Source: Cyanidioschyzon merolae (lineage: Eukaryota). From it: a stretch of DNA of 64,000 nt. A model generated the notes under the pieces. That model worked only from the letters and a program-made list of their open reading frames with translations. It searched no databases and was not told the DNA's origin. The stretch lies in NCBI GenBank assembly GCA_000091205.1, contig AP006496.2; one strand, 5' to 3'. This document shows, one piece after another, positions 43,095 to 54,355 of this stretch (the first letter of the stretch is position 1; each line of letters opens with the position of its first letter). The translations under genes were made by a program, and so were the position numbers.

Positions 43095-43495
43095 GCGCTT
43101 TCTGTATGCTACTTCCCTGGATGGAAATACCCAAAGCGATGCTTAAGATGCCTGGTTCATGGAGAGGATCTCCAAGTCCCTGAGAAGGCATGTGATAGCT
43201 TTCTGCATGCTACTTCCCTGGATGGAAATACCCAAAGCGATGCTTAAGATGCCTGGTTCATGGAGAGGATCTCCAAGTCCCTAAGAAGGCATGTGATAGC
43301 TTTCTGTATGCTACTTCCCTGGATGGAAATACCCAAAGCGATACTTAAGATGCCTGGTTCATGGAGAGGATCTCCAAGTCCCTAAGAAGGCATGTGATAG
43401 CTCTCTGCATGCTACTTCCCTGGATGGAAATACCCGAAGCGATGCTTAAGATGCCTGGTTCATGGAGAGGATCTCCAAGTTCCTGGAAAAAAACC
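43095..43495. repeat. Tandem repeat of a 102-bp unit, about 4 copies.
   Basis: The unit gctacttccctggatggaaatacccaaagcgatgcttaagatgcctggttcatggagaggatctccaagtccctRagaaggcatgtgatagctttctgYat recurs at about 43106, 43208, 43310 and 43411. Confidence 0.9.
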
Positions 43496-45034
43496 AGCAG
43501 TCGCACCGCCTCGCTAGAGCGGCAGTGCCGGTGTCACTGCCATGAAAGGTGCCCCAGCGCCTATTCAAATTAGTGCCTCTGTTTCACGTCGGAGGATCTA
43601 GGAACCTGTAAAGCATTCCTGAGACGCACGCAGATGCTGTCAGTGGCCAACAAAGGTGCTCCAGTGCTTCCATAGACGCCTCCAAGTTCCGCTGGCCCAA
43701 GTTCTATTTACCGATGAGGAATAGACGCTCGATCGATCTGGCGATACGACGTGCATCCAGAGCTGTCCCGAGGACTCGCCGCGTTGCTGCATGCGCCGCC
43801 AAACTGGACCTCGTACAGAGACTCGGCGGCTTTTGAGACAGCATGTTCTTGCAGGAGCGTGCCTGAAGAACAAGCTCGATCGACTGGTACGTGTCGTCGC
43901 ATGCTTCTTAGCGGGATATGAGCATCTCAGATTTTTCCATGCTTTACGAAGAAGAAACTCGACAGACTAGTTTACTTGCTGTGTCTCCTCGTATGCGTCC
44001 GAGCATGAAAGCTATAACTCAGGTTTTCCATGTGACACATGAAATACCGAAAAAGAGTTCTCTTTTTTGGCACTCGCTGACGAGTTTGAATCATTGTGTA
44101 CGCAGCAAGGGCGTATTCTGTACGCAATCCGCAGGGAATATTGAGGTGACGAAACGGCTCGCTAGTACCAGTTGACGCCATCTCGCTACGCTGGCGAAAA
44201 GGAAACATGCCGCCTTTGGGATATCACACCTGCCTTGTGCATTCTCCGATGATGACAATGATCATGGCGTATTCTCGCTATCGAATTCAGATCGGGTCAA
44301 TTGTTCGGACGAAGCGAAACGAATTGAGAGGGCTAAATATGCACGAGAGTCAGCCGCAGCGTCAACAGTTGCATTATACTCGGTACCAGCGCATGCGTCG
44401 CCAGAACAAAAACTGTCCGCGAAAAGACGCACGAGCCACCAGTTCTGTTTCCTCAAGCTATTGAGCATGCCGAGCCTAGCGTTATACGGGTGCATCGCTC
44501 AGCGAGAATCGCTTTTTTACGGTCGTTCCAGGCTGTGCTGAATGCCACATGCTTTGAAGTTCAACGTATGCGAGCGAGATGCATCAGGATACAACAAGCA
44601 GGTAGATGAAACCTGGAGACGCCATTTTCCCCACCGAATGCGAACTAACCCAAGGCCACGCTACTCCAGCCGTGGAGAAGGCGGCACCAACACCGGGGTC
44701 GTCATCCGTGTGGATAAATGTTTTTTGAGCTGATGCATGCATTTCGCATGCGCCGTCGCCACTCATCGACTCTACGCGCTTCCATAGCGTACAAAACTTT
44801 TCAAATCGACTAGATTCGTGCAAGATCCGTGATGCTCTCTGCTAAACTGCACAGTAGCTTGATGCTGTCAGCGTCCATAGCTCCTCCGATGCACAGCGTC
44901 AACAGACAGATGCAACAGGAGCCCAAAGGAGCAGGGCATCCACGGATGCAGCGTCGCCTGGGGTTCGCGTGTGTTGCGGGACGCTCTAAAGCACGAATCC
45001 TTATTGTACTATCATATACATAAATGTACTGTTT

Positions 45035-45946
45035 ATGAATGGCGCCTCGGTGATGGCCACTTCGCGTGCGCGCTGGCGCAGATCGCCCGACGCCCTCACG
45101 CTCTGCAAACGAGCGCTTACGCCCTCGCCTCACGATCAAGACAGTGGATGCCCGATGTTCATTCTCAGCGCGCAACGCCTTTCAGGTACGCAGGTTTTCA
45201 GACGTCTCGCGGAGGGCTGCACCGGTTACTCGGTCTCGAGCGGGTGTCGGCAGCGCCGGCGCTGTTGTCCTGGAGCCCCGCAGCGGCCTCGCCGGGTGCG
45301 GGTCAACGCGCTTCAGTTGCAAAGCGGCCTCGCGGACCCGCTGGACCCCAAGTCTGAAGCGGAAGTACGTGAACACTTACGCTCTAACTCACCTGCAGAG
45401 CGAGCGCTGGGTATCAACTATGCACGCTACCTGGACGAGAGCACTCGCTACGATATCCTTCTGGAGATGATGGAGGATACCGATCCCCAAGTTCGCTATG
45501 CTGCTGTTACGCAGCTTGCAACGGTCGGCTCGCACGATCGCCAAAGGACCCTGAAAGCCGTTCGCAAGATACTATGGAACACAGAAGAGGATGCATCTGT
45601 GCGCGCTGGAGCAGCTGACGTGCTGGGCGGTCTCCGGTTCCACGAGGCCTTCCCAGACCTGGAAAAGCTCTTCCACGAGTCGAAGGACTGGGTGGTGCGG
45701 TTCAGCATCATCGCTGCTCTAGGGGAAATGGGTGTTCGAGAAGCGTTCCCTATACTGGTCGAGGCATTGCATGCGAACAAAGAGCCGCTGGTCCAGCTTG
45801 CAGCGATTGGTGCGCTCGGTGAACTCGGCGATGAACGAGCGCGGGTCTACCTCGAACCGCTCGTGAACAGTTCCGATGCCTCGATTGTGGAGCGAGCGCG
45901 TTTCGCCTTGGATGCCCTGGACGCAAGAGGCAGCGAGCGCACTTAG
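45035..45946 (+). CDS. HEAT-repeat protein of the PBS-lyase HEAT-like type.
   Basis: At least five tandem repeats of about 31 aa with the [DE]xxVRxxA[AI]xALGxxG pattern: VRYAAVTQLATVG, VRAGAADVLGGL, VRFSIIAALGEMG, VQLAAIGALGELG, IVERARFALDAL. The His-Glu pairs of deoxyhypusine hydroxylase are absent. Confidence 0.6.
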   Translation: MNGASVMATSRARWRRSPDALTLCKRALTPSPHDQDSGCPMFILSAQRLSGTQVFRRLAEGCTGYSVSSGCRQRRRCCPGAPQRPRRVRVNALQLQSGLADPLDPKSEAEVREHLRSNSPAERALGINYARYLDESTRYDILLEMMEDTDPQVRYAAVTQLATVGSHDRQRTLKAVRKILWNTEEDASVRAGAADVLGGLRFHEAFPDLEKLFHESKDWVVRFSIIAALGEMGVREAFPILVEALHANKEPLVQLAAIGALGELGDERARVYLEPLVNSSDASIVERARFALDALDARGSERT

Positions 45947-47380
45947 GACGCAACACCACGTCTTCAGTACGAGGCGCTGGGTGTTGGCGGGGAAATGTGA
46001 ACGGTCTCTAAGCAGCCGGGCGTCATGAACTGCGTCAGCGCTGCTTGGATTCTAGACAAGAGACCTTCTACTTAAAGAGTTGGGCATTACTGACTTGGAA
46101 TGGATTGTGAAACCGGCACGAAACGCTCCCTGAACATGCAAAGCACGCTTGGTGCTCTGCGCAGTGCACCTGGCAAAGGCAGACGCAACGGAGCTAGGTG
46201 GAACGTCGCCTGTGAACCCCACAGAAGCATCACATCCAAGAGCGCGAAGTTGCATAGGTAGAGCGCTGCACATCGTGCTTGTTGGCAGCAGAGGCGACGG
46301 GCAGACGAGCGACGCAGATTCCTGCTCCACAAAAAAAAGCAAGCATTGACAGGTTCAACTGCGCTCTGACGATAACCTGGAGAGTGCGTATGTCGCGAGC
46401 TCCTATTCTATCGAGGCTTCATCCAAAATACTGAAAGTCATTCGTGAGATTTTGGGGCGGCGTTTGCACCGCTTCGCTCGAGCCAGAGCTCGAAGGCTTT
46501 CGCGCTCACGAGACCTACCCGTGCTGCGGCGGCACGACACGCGACCACCGTAGTGTCAAGCAGCTTGTGTCCCCACGAGTAGCCTCGAGAGCGTCCGCAC
46601 GATGTATAACCGATGCTTGTGGTGCTAGTTCTCGTGCTCCTGGTAACTGCCTTCAGAAAACGCCTCGAACTGCGTGGAGTTGCATGTGCTGGACCAACGT
46701 AGAAGCGATCCTTCGGATTCGAAAGCCAGAAAACACACAACCTTGAGCTGAGACCCAGATGATACCCGCTTCGACCAGTGCCCTATCTTTCATGAAACTG
46801 AATGAATCGTTGTTTACAGAATCACCGCCCCCGTCAACCATCATGAATATAAAGATGATGATCATAATCAGTGCTTTCGAGTAGGCATGTCGGCGAGGCG
46901 CAGCATAGAATTCTGTTTACATGAACCAGGGATATCCCCGATGTAGCATCACCATGGTTAACGGCATCTGGGAGAGCGTCCGCCATGATCATGCACGAGA
47001 CCTCCGAGCCCCAGCGGTAACCAATGGTACTCCCCTTTGGCAATTATGGTTCGTTTGTACAGTCCTCCGAATGCTGAATGCCTGCCGCCGCAGCACCGAA
47101 CGTCGCAGCGCTCCCAGTCGACGTAAACGCAAGATCCAGGGGACTGCAGCGTGCCGCAGCGCGTTCAAGTCCACAGCACCAGCTCCAGTGAAGCGCTGGC
47201 TGCTCACGAGGTGCATCCGGTTCGTGCCCACGACGACCAACGCCGCTCAACTTGACGCTCGCCAAGCACCGCACCGCGAGCGTCCGTGCCTGGTGCACGG
47301 CATCGATACACAGGTCTGCAAGAAACCTCGTACCGTTCGATGCTCGTGACCCAGAGCGCATCTGTTGCTTGAAAGCGATA

Positions 47381-50300
47381 TCACGCCTGATCCGTGTCCG
47401 AACTGCTGAACGTCTGAACCAGCTGTCGAAGTAGCGGCAACACCGCTGCAGTCTGTTTGCTGTCGATGCCGTCGAACGCGCTTCCTCGTCGCTCGCGTTC
47501 GCGGCGAAGCTGTGAGAACTGCGAGAGTATGCGTAGATATTGCATGCAGGTGGACGCTGCACAACCGCGGGAAGTTGCCTCCTCCAGAATCAGCTCAAGG
47601 ACGCGCTCAACTTGGGGGAGACGCGTTAGCAACACGATCTGGAGCTCAACATTCTCGCGACAGACTGCAGCGGGCGCACAACGGAACAACTCGGGAAGCG
47701 CCTGCAAGAGTGCCGCATCGAGCGACGGGACCGTGCCGCTTCCGGCCCAGTGCTCAGCGAAGCGCCGAAGAACACTCAACGCCGCTCGGGTTAGTGCTGC
47801 GCTTTCGGGTTCGGGGAGCATCGCTGGCGGCCCCGTCGGCTGCCACTGACGAGCAACCAGCTCGATCGACTGGAAATGGATGCCAACCGCCCCAGCGACA
47901 ACAACGTGCAGCAGACACGGCCACAGCCCTTGGTGTGTATCATCCACAATGATCGACGCGAGGCCGTTGTTCAGTAGTTGGCCCAAGTACGTGTAGAAGA
48001 GATTGCGCAATGTGTAGCGCTCGCGTGCCTCTTCCGAAAGCACCGGAGTACCGCTGGGAGCACCTCGAGAAGTGCTCACGTTAGGTAATCGTCCATCAGT
48101 CGACTCTGCGGGCGCATCCGCTGGAAGCAGCGGAAACCAGGAGAGCAGTGCTCGCACGAGCGGCTCGAAAAGGCGTCGCTGACTGGAAACACAAGCCGTC
48201 TGAAAGCGATCACATAGTTGATTCTCTAACAGCACCAGTGCCTGCAGATCCTGTTCAAGCGGCAGCGCTTCTCTGCCGAGCTCCAGACGCGTCTCGATGA
48301 ATGTGGCGATGCGGTCGCCTGTTTGCGGCTCCGACAGCAGCTCCGCAAGTCGGTGCAGCAGCGGACGTGCGTCTGCGTCCAGCCCATAGGCTGGACTTGG
48401 AGCTGCTTCGAGGACCCAGTCCAGACAGGTCAACCAGATCTGGCTCAGACGCACGTCCTGCTGGCACTGGGCCGGAGAAAAGCCCTTGCTCAGGTGGAGT
48501 ACTGCACGCAAACCGGATGCGCTGCGAAAGAGGCCGCTGCTATGCATGGGAACGAGGCAACTTTCCAGGTAATGGAGGCGGGTATCGGCGGAGAGTGCTT
48601 CACTGGAAATCAGCAGCGAGATGCACTCCACCAGTGGTAACTGTACCAGGTTCAGATCGGGGTCCTGGCCGTCCAGATGCACCAGGTCTTGGAAATGGTG
48701 CAGCAGGTACTCTACCCGGAAACGTCCGTTCTGAATGAGCATCGACGACAGCGCTGCTGAAGGCACACGCTCTGGCAATAAGCTTTTCCAGCCAGTCGCC
48801 ACGCGGGTCGCGCTATCCGCTGGGATGCCGCTGTCTGCGGGCGAGGGTTCGCGGCGTGTTCCTGTTGCAGCGACCGGAGCAGCGGCAACGACCCCGGCTT
48901 GCTCGCGGATGTGTTCAGGGTCGCGCGGGAGCACATCGCGGAGCGCCTGCACCAGTCGCACACAGGTATTCGCAGCATGCTCGCGCAGACGAGTGCTCTC
49001 CGACTGGAGCGAAGAGACGAGCATCGGCAACACGTACGCATACAGCGGGGGCGACTTTGGTAGCAGCACCGCACCGAAACGTGCAACCACATCAAAGTAG
49101 ACCAAATCCATCACCGGATCACTGAGCACCTGGCGAGCATTCTCCAGCACAAGTTCGCGGGCGTTTTCCGGGAAGCTGCTCGCGAGCTCGAGCAGCAGAC
49201 GTGCTTGCAGCCGTCGGGCCGGCAGTTGTTGCAGTGTTTCTAGCACCAATGTCGGGGAACGTTTCACCACATGACCCAGTACGCTCATGATCTCGGTGGA
49301 GCAATCGTCACTGCTGGTACTCAGCTGACTCACCGCGTCGCTTACCTGATCCCTCGCAAGAGTCGGTGCCTCGTGGACTGAGGCCAACGGCACGTCGGTG
49401 CGTACGCCGTTCGGTTCACTGGTGGCGGCGTCTGAAGTATCGCGCTCGTTGGTTTCCAGGGCCAGAAGGTGTTGCAGGATCGCCGTTAACAGCCTTCTGC
49501 TGAGAGCGTCCCAGTCGACAGTTTGCAGTCTTCGCGTCAAACTCGACATTGCCGAGAGTACAGGTGCACTGAACAGCAGCGCTTGTGCGTTCGTTGTTGG
49601 CGATGTTGTCGCGCCCAGAAGCGCATCCAGCAGCGTTCGCAACGCGTTTGCCGCCCAGTTGCTGACCGTCGCTTCACTCGTTTCGTAAAGTTCAAGCAGC
49701 TCCATGAGCAATGAGCCCAGTAAGGATGACCACGAAGGCAAAGCATCCGAATCAGCGTTTGACGCATTCATAACGAGCTCAACGAGATGCAACGATTTGC
49801 AGACATGTACTTTCTCTCCCGGATGGGCAACTTTGCGCAAAAGCATTCGCTCTAGAGCTGTCACTGCTGCCGAAACCACCGTCACTGGCCAGTGTTGCCC
49901 CGCTGCGTTTGATACCAGTTGGAGCAGCGGTTGCTGAAACCGCTCCACAATTGCCGAGAGATCCATCCAGAATGCATAGTCCGCGAGCAGCTCTAGAACC
50001 CCAACTACCAGCTCCGTTGTCGATAGCATCGTGCCCGGTTTTTTCGGTTCACCTGAGGAGCGCATCACCGCTGAAACAGCCTCGGGAAGTTCGATACCTT
50101 CCGCATCCGTCTGCAGCGCAGCTCGGAGCAGATATGCCCACCAGTCTAGCAGCAGCAGAGCGGAGCCGTCAGCACGCATGGCCTCCTTCAACCGAGACGC
50201 TTCAACATGCCGCTGGGCTTCGCGGGCGAGCACCTGTTCATGAAGTGCCCGTAAGAAACGCAACATGGCATCCGCATCTAATGCTTGCAATAAATCAACG

Positions 50301-50677
50301 ACAGCATTCGGCCAGTTCAGCGGATATCGCTCTACAACAAGCTCTGCGATCAGCTGTGCAGCTTTGTTCTTCACATAGCCAGGCGCGTGCCCGCTGGTCT
50401 GCGGTGAGCGTGAAAGCGCAAGCACTTGCTGCAAACTCAGTCGTTGTCTCGTGGAAAGCAGCACCTGTAGACACCAAAACACCAGTTCTGGCCTAAGAAT
50501 CCTTTCATCGGACACCGCCAGTGACCAGCAGAGCGTAAAGCCACCGTCCTCAGTAGCGGCGGTGACTCGCTCGAGAACAGCCCGCGCCTCCTCGGCGTGG
50601 CTCGGTGCGATCCCCAACGGTGGGTTCAGCGCGTAGAATGCCGCCAGTTCGAGGTCGCCTGTTGATGGATCGATCAT
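47381..50677 (-). CDS. Large HEAT/ARM-repeat protein of the karyopherin (importin-beta/exportin) type. The specific family is uncertain (exportin-5 or exportin-T-like is a guess).
   Basis: A 1098-aa continuous ORF. Leu-rich amphipathic helical repeats run throughout. The N-terminal region is consistent with an importin-N-like domain. Only low-resolution recognition was possible. Confidence 0.45.
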   Translation of the reverse strand: MIDPSTGDLELAAFYALNPPLGIAPSHAEEARAVLERVTAATEDGGFTLCWSLAVSDERILRPELVFWCLQVLLSTRQRLSLQQVLALSRSPQTSGHAPGYVKNKAAQLIAELVVERYPLNWPNAVVDLLQALDADAMLRFLRALHEQVLAREAQRHVEASRLKEAMRADGSALLLLDWWAYLLRAALQTDAEGIELPEAVSAVMRSSGEPKKPGTMLSTTELVVGVLELLADYAFWMDLSAIVERFQQPLLQLVSNAAGQHWPVTVVSAAVTALERMLLRKVAHPGEKVHVCKSLHLVELVMNASNADSDALPSWSSLLGSLLMELLELYETSEATVSNWAANALRTLLDALLGATTSPTTNAQALLFSAPVLSAMSSLTRRLQTVDWDALSRRLLTAILQHLLALETNERDTSDAATSEPNGVRTDVPLASVHEAPTLARDQVSDAVSQLSTSSDDCSTEIMSVLGHVVKRSPTLVLETLQQLPARRLQARLLLELASSFPENARELVLENARQVLSDPVMDLVYFDVVARFGAVLLPKSPPLYAYVLPMLVSSLQSESTRLREHAANTCVRLVQALRDVLPRDPEHIREQAGVVAAAPVAATGTRREPSPADSGIPADSATRVATGWKSLLPERVPSAALSSMLIQNGRFRVEYLLHHFQDLVHLDGQDPDLNLVQLPLVECISLLISSEALSADTRLHYLESCLVPMHSSGLFRSASGLRAVLHLSKGFSPAQCQQDVRLSQIWLTCLDWVLEAAPSPAYGLDADARPLLHRLAELLSEPQTGDRIATFIETRLELGREALPLEQDLQALVLLENQLCDRFQTACVSSQRRLFEPLVRALLSWFPLLPADAPAESTDGRLPNVSTSRGAPSGTPVLSEEARERYTLRNLFYTYLGQLLNNGLASIIVDDTHQGLWPCLLHVVVAGAVGIHFQSIELVARQWQPTGPPAMLPEPESAALTRAALSVLRRFAEHWAGSGTVPSLDAALLQALPELFRCAPAAVCRENVELQIVLLTRLPQVERVLELILEEATSRGCAASTCMQYLRILSQFSQLRRERERRGSAFDGIDSKQTAAVLPLLRQLVQTFSSSDTDQA

Positions 50678-50924
50678 TCCTCTGGACCGTGAGGTAGAGA
50701 GGACGCGCCTGGCTTAGGATCCACGCTGGGTCCGAAAGCACTGGCCCTTTTAGGGCCTCTCGCCCACGGATGCTGCGGAGCGGGCGCCTCTGGTACAGCA
50801 GACGCGAGCACTGCACTTGAGTGCGTCTTCTGCTTATACTTGGAAGCGCTTGGAACAAATAAAATTCGTCTATGGTGATAGGGCGCTCTGCAGCGCTCCC
50901 GGAAAGGCTAACCGAGTGTACTCC

Positions 50925-51285
50925 AAGATTGTAGCTCAAGAGCTGGCCGTTGCGGTGTTTGGTTGCTCCGCAAACTCCCCAAGCAAGGTTCACTGATGAC
51001 ACTACAACGACGCTAGGGCAACCCTGCGTTGCGTCTAGAGTCGCTGGTGATTGGTTGTCCAGTTTAGAGCTCAAGAGCTGGCCGTCTGTGCTGATTGGTT
51101 GTTCAGCAACCTCCCCAAGCAAGGCTCACTGGTGACACCACCACGACACTAGGGTAACGTTGCGCTGCGTCTGCAGTCGCTGGTGGCTGGTTGTTCAGCA
51201 ACCACCCCAAGCAAGGTTCACTGGTGACACCACCACGACGCTAGAGTTATGCTGCGCTGCGTCTGTGGTCGCTAGCCAGCGCTCT
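50925..51285. repeat. Tandem or interspersed repeat of a roughly 96-bp unit, about 3 copies, in the upstream region of the karyopherin-like gene.
   Basis: The unit ttggttgYtcMgcaaMctccccaagcaaggYtcactgRtgacacYacMacgacRctagRgYaaYSYtgcgYtgcgtctRYagtcgctRg is repeated. The flanking motif (tagagctcaagagctggccgt) is partially duplicated. Confidence 0.8.
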
Positions 51286-51300
51286 TCGACAGTCAAACGT

Positions 51301-51308
51301 TTCGGTAA

Positions 51309-51342
<34 letters not shown>
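51301..51342. repeat. (GTCGGC)7 hexanucleotide microsatellite.
   Basis: cgtcggcgtcgtcggcgtcgtcggcgtcgtcggcg, read directly from the sequence. Confidence 0.9.
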
Positions 51343-51343
<1 letters not shown>

Positions 51344-51644
51344 CAGCGGCATGCCCAGCAACGTCGCAGGCAGTGCCGCTGAGAAGGGAGTGCGGCAGCC
51401 GCAGGAAGCGCCTGGCAAGGCTGTTTTCCAGCTCGCTTTACAAAGCGGCTTGCTAGAGACCTCGCAGAAGTCAAGTCTTTTGGCATGCTTTCGTATGGGA
51501 GCTTTTGAGAGAGCCCCCGAGACCTATGAGGGATTCCAGAATATACCAACGAAGGGTGCTTCATCTTCACTCGTGTCGGATGAACACGAGACACTGAATT
51601 GATCGCCCTATACCTGGATGTTGAGCTATTTCGGGTGCTTTTTT

Positions 51645-52972
51645 AAATGAGCATGCTCGACGTTCGACGTGCAGCAGTAAAGGCGTACCGTTTCAGAGGT
51701 CGTTTACGGAATCTGTGACTCGCTTTCGGAGCGGCGCGTTCGGGTCTACCGCGCTTGGCACGCGGAGCGTCACCTGTAGCAACATGACTCGGTATGCACA
51801 CGAACAAGCGCTCGCGGAATAACAGATATGATTATCCTTTTCAGACGCGTAAGACTCCAGCATTTGCCTTGCCTTGCGTGCAGCATGCTCGAATCGCACA
51901 CATTCTTCAGGTTTTGGATCAGTCGATCCCGAGGCAACTGACGGGCGCTGCCATTCGCGCCACTTTCATACGGAAAGCGGAATCATGGGTGTCGTCGCTT
52001 GACGACTACTTCGAGCGCTCATGCCTCAAGTTCACAGAACATGTCACGTCAAGTAATCGACTCCGATTTGGAAGACAAATGCTCCCCGCTTCGAGATTAT
52101 CGACGGAACCGCGTTCGACAAGAACATCATACCTCAAAGCGGATATGCTCTGGAACGCTGTGGTTGCTTCTATTTGCATGGAAAAGTGTCTGGGACACAC
52201 CGAGTTGCGTCATCGTAGCGATCGCTTCCAGTGGGGCATGCGTCATCGCTTAGCACGAAGGGATCGGAGACTGATCGGAATTTCTCGACTCCATCTCCAG
52301 CCTGGATATTTCTTCGAGGACTTGTTTCATCGTAAACAACATCGTTTGCCGCCAATACCCCACTGAACGGAGCAGTGACCGCTCACGCGTGAGCAGCGGA
52401 CACTGCACTCGTCGACGAGATCGTCCAGAACAAGCCTCGCGATCGCTGGGTACGGTACCGAGCACAGCACCAGAGCAAGGCGTCGACGGGCGCCTGCTGG
52501 ACACGTCAGGTGTACGTACTGGTCGATGATGCAACCGTCCACGTGCCACAGCGCGGATCTCGGAGGGGACGGTCTGGTGGCCATACGAAAACACCTGACC
52601 TCAGTCATTTGTCACAGCTGCAAAGCGCGCACCGAGGTTGTAAACGCAGAAAAAGAACACTGCAAGCGCAGTGCTGATCGCAACATTCGTATGAGCCTGG
52701 TATGCGTCGGCAACAGCCGGAGGCGGAGCAACCGGGACCTGCACGCTACCATCAATATTTGTCGTCCAAAGGCGACAGAACTGGACGCAGATGCATCGAG
52801 ACCAGTGTACTGGAATCCGGATATACGGGCAACAGAGAGGACACACACACACACACACTGAAACAGTCATCGACGAAAAACGCGTGCAAGCGCTTCTGTC
52901 GATGACACTTGCAAGGCATCCAAACGTTAGCGTCTATACCCAAGTTAGCAAAGCAGACCTATTCGATTTTTT
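51645..52972 (+). mobile_element. Copy C (plus orientation, about 75 bp truncated at the 5' end) of the TnpB/Fanzor-like repeat family.
   Basis: ORFs 51794..52366 (190 aa, 3 substitutions versus copy A) and 52526..52861 (...CHSCKAR...NRDLHATINICRPK). The 3' end ...agcaaagcagacctattcgatttttt is shared with copy A. Similarity begins at gcatgctcgacgttcgacg. Confidence 0.6.
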
Positions 52973-54355
52973 CGCCACGGGTTCAGGAAAGCATCCATCA
53001 TTCCATTCCAGTCACGATACGATCCACGAAACGCAACCCAGAGTTTTTCCTTTGGATTGTGACTCATCCATGCGATCATTCACGAGCCGAGCATTCTGAG
53101 CGTACCCATAGCGCCAGAACGGACACCGCATCGAGACAGAGCGTTTTTTCCGTATCCCTGAGGACATCGGCTCGTGTCATGGTTCAACTGACGCAGTTTC
53201 GTATCTCATGATCATCATCAGTTTGTTCTCCGAGAATCTTTGCATGCAAGACTGCCTTCTCATCAGGACGCTGTTGATGAATATCTGCTTTAGAATGAGT
53301 CCGGGTAACCGAGTCTCAGCTTTGGAATCAAGTCTGGAACGCGTCACCGTTTAGAGACACGAACCTGTGCTCGGCGGAAAACAGAAGGAGGTGCGCGAGT
53401 CGCTGGGCCTGCATGCTCCCGCGGGTCGCGATACCTTCCGCCTCGAGAGTGGTTTGTGTATTTGGTGAGGATATTCGCGAGCGACGTTGCTCGGAAGGTG
53501 AGCCAACGGGTGCAGGCGCTGCGCTCAGTGTGAGCGCTCGCCCCTCATCAACGAAAACTACGTGTAGAAGTTGCAGTCATTCAAAACAGCGGGTTCGCAC
53601 TTTTTGACAACGTGAGCACTGCACGCGTAAGTATGTCAGAGTCTCAGCATTCGCTTCCCGACAGTAGCTGCAGTGAATTCCCAGGAAACCGGGTGGCGTT
53701 CGGATATGACACGGGGCCAGGATCGGTCAGCGGCATTCCAACGTGCGCCTTAGCGAGTCAGAGTGTGTATCGGGTGACGAAAGGCGGCGCCAGCACCTTG
53801 CACCGGTCGTTGTTCGCACATGTTCGATTGTATGCTACAAATAGCGACCAACCAACGTAGGAGACTCGACACTTTCCTCACTGGCAAGTCCATACTATCT
53901 TGCGAACTGTTCTTTGGAGGTATTGAGACCTTCTACGTTCCTAACGAGTGTTTGGAGTCTCTCCGCACCGCGCAGTCGACTCATCTACATTCGCATGCAC
54001 CTGACCCACGTATGCTTTGCATGCTTCGCGGTGAATGTGACATTCCGGTTGAACTAGATTGTCCATGCTGAGCCTTTTAGACCATACAGGTGCTCGGCAG
54101 CCGATCGCTATCGCTTCCTTCGGGACGCTTTGTATTTCACATCCGAGTGCGAGCGGACTGGGTGCAGTCTGCCCTTCTAAACATACAGGCAAGATACGCA
54201 TCACGACGTTGGCTGCAGTCTGCATGCGCGATGCGGGTACGACGTGCGCAGAGCTCACCATTCACCGCTCGAGGTCGCTGCCTAGATGGTACGAATCTCG
54301 GGTACCTTTCCCCAGACCTCGAGTGGTATCGACGAATTCCAAAGGAAGAGATGCA

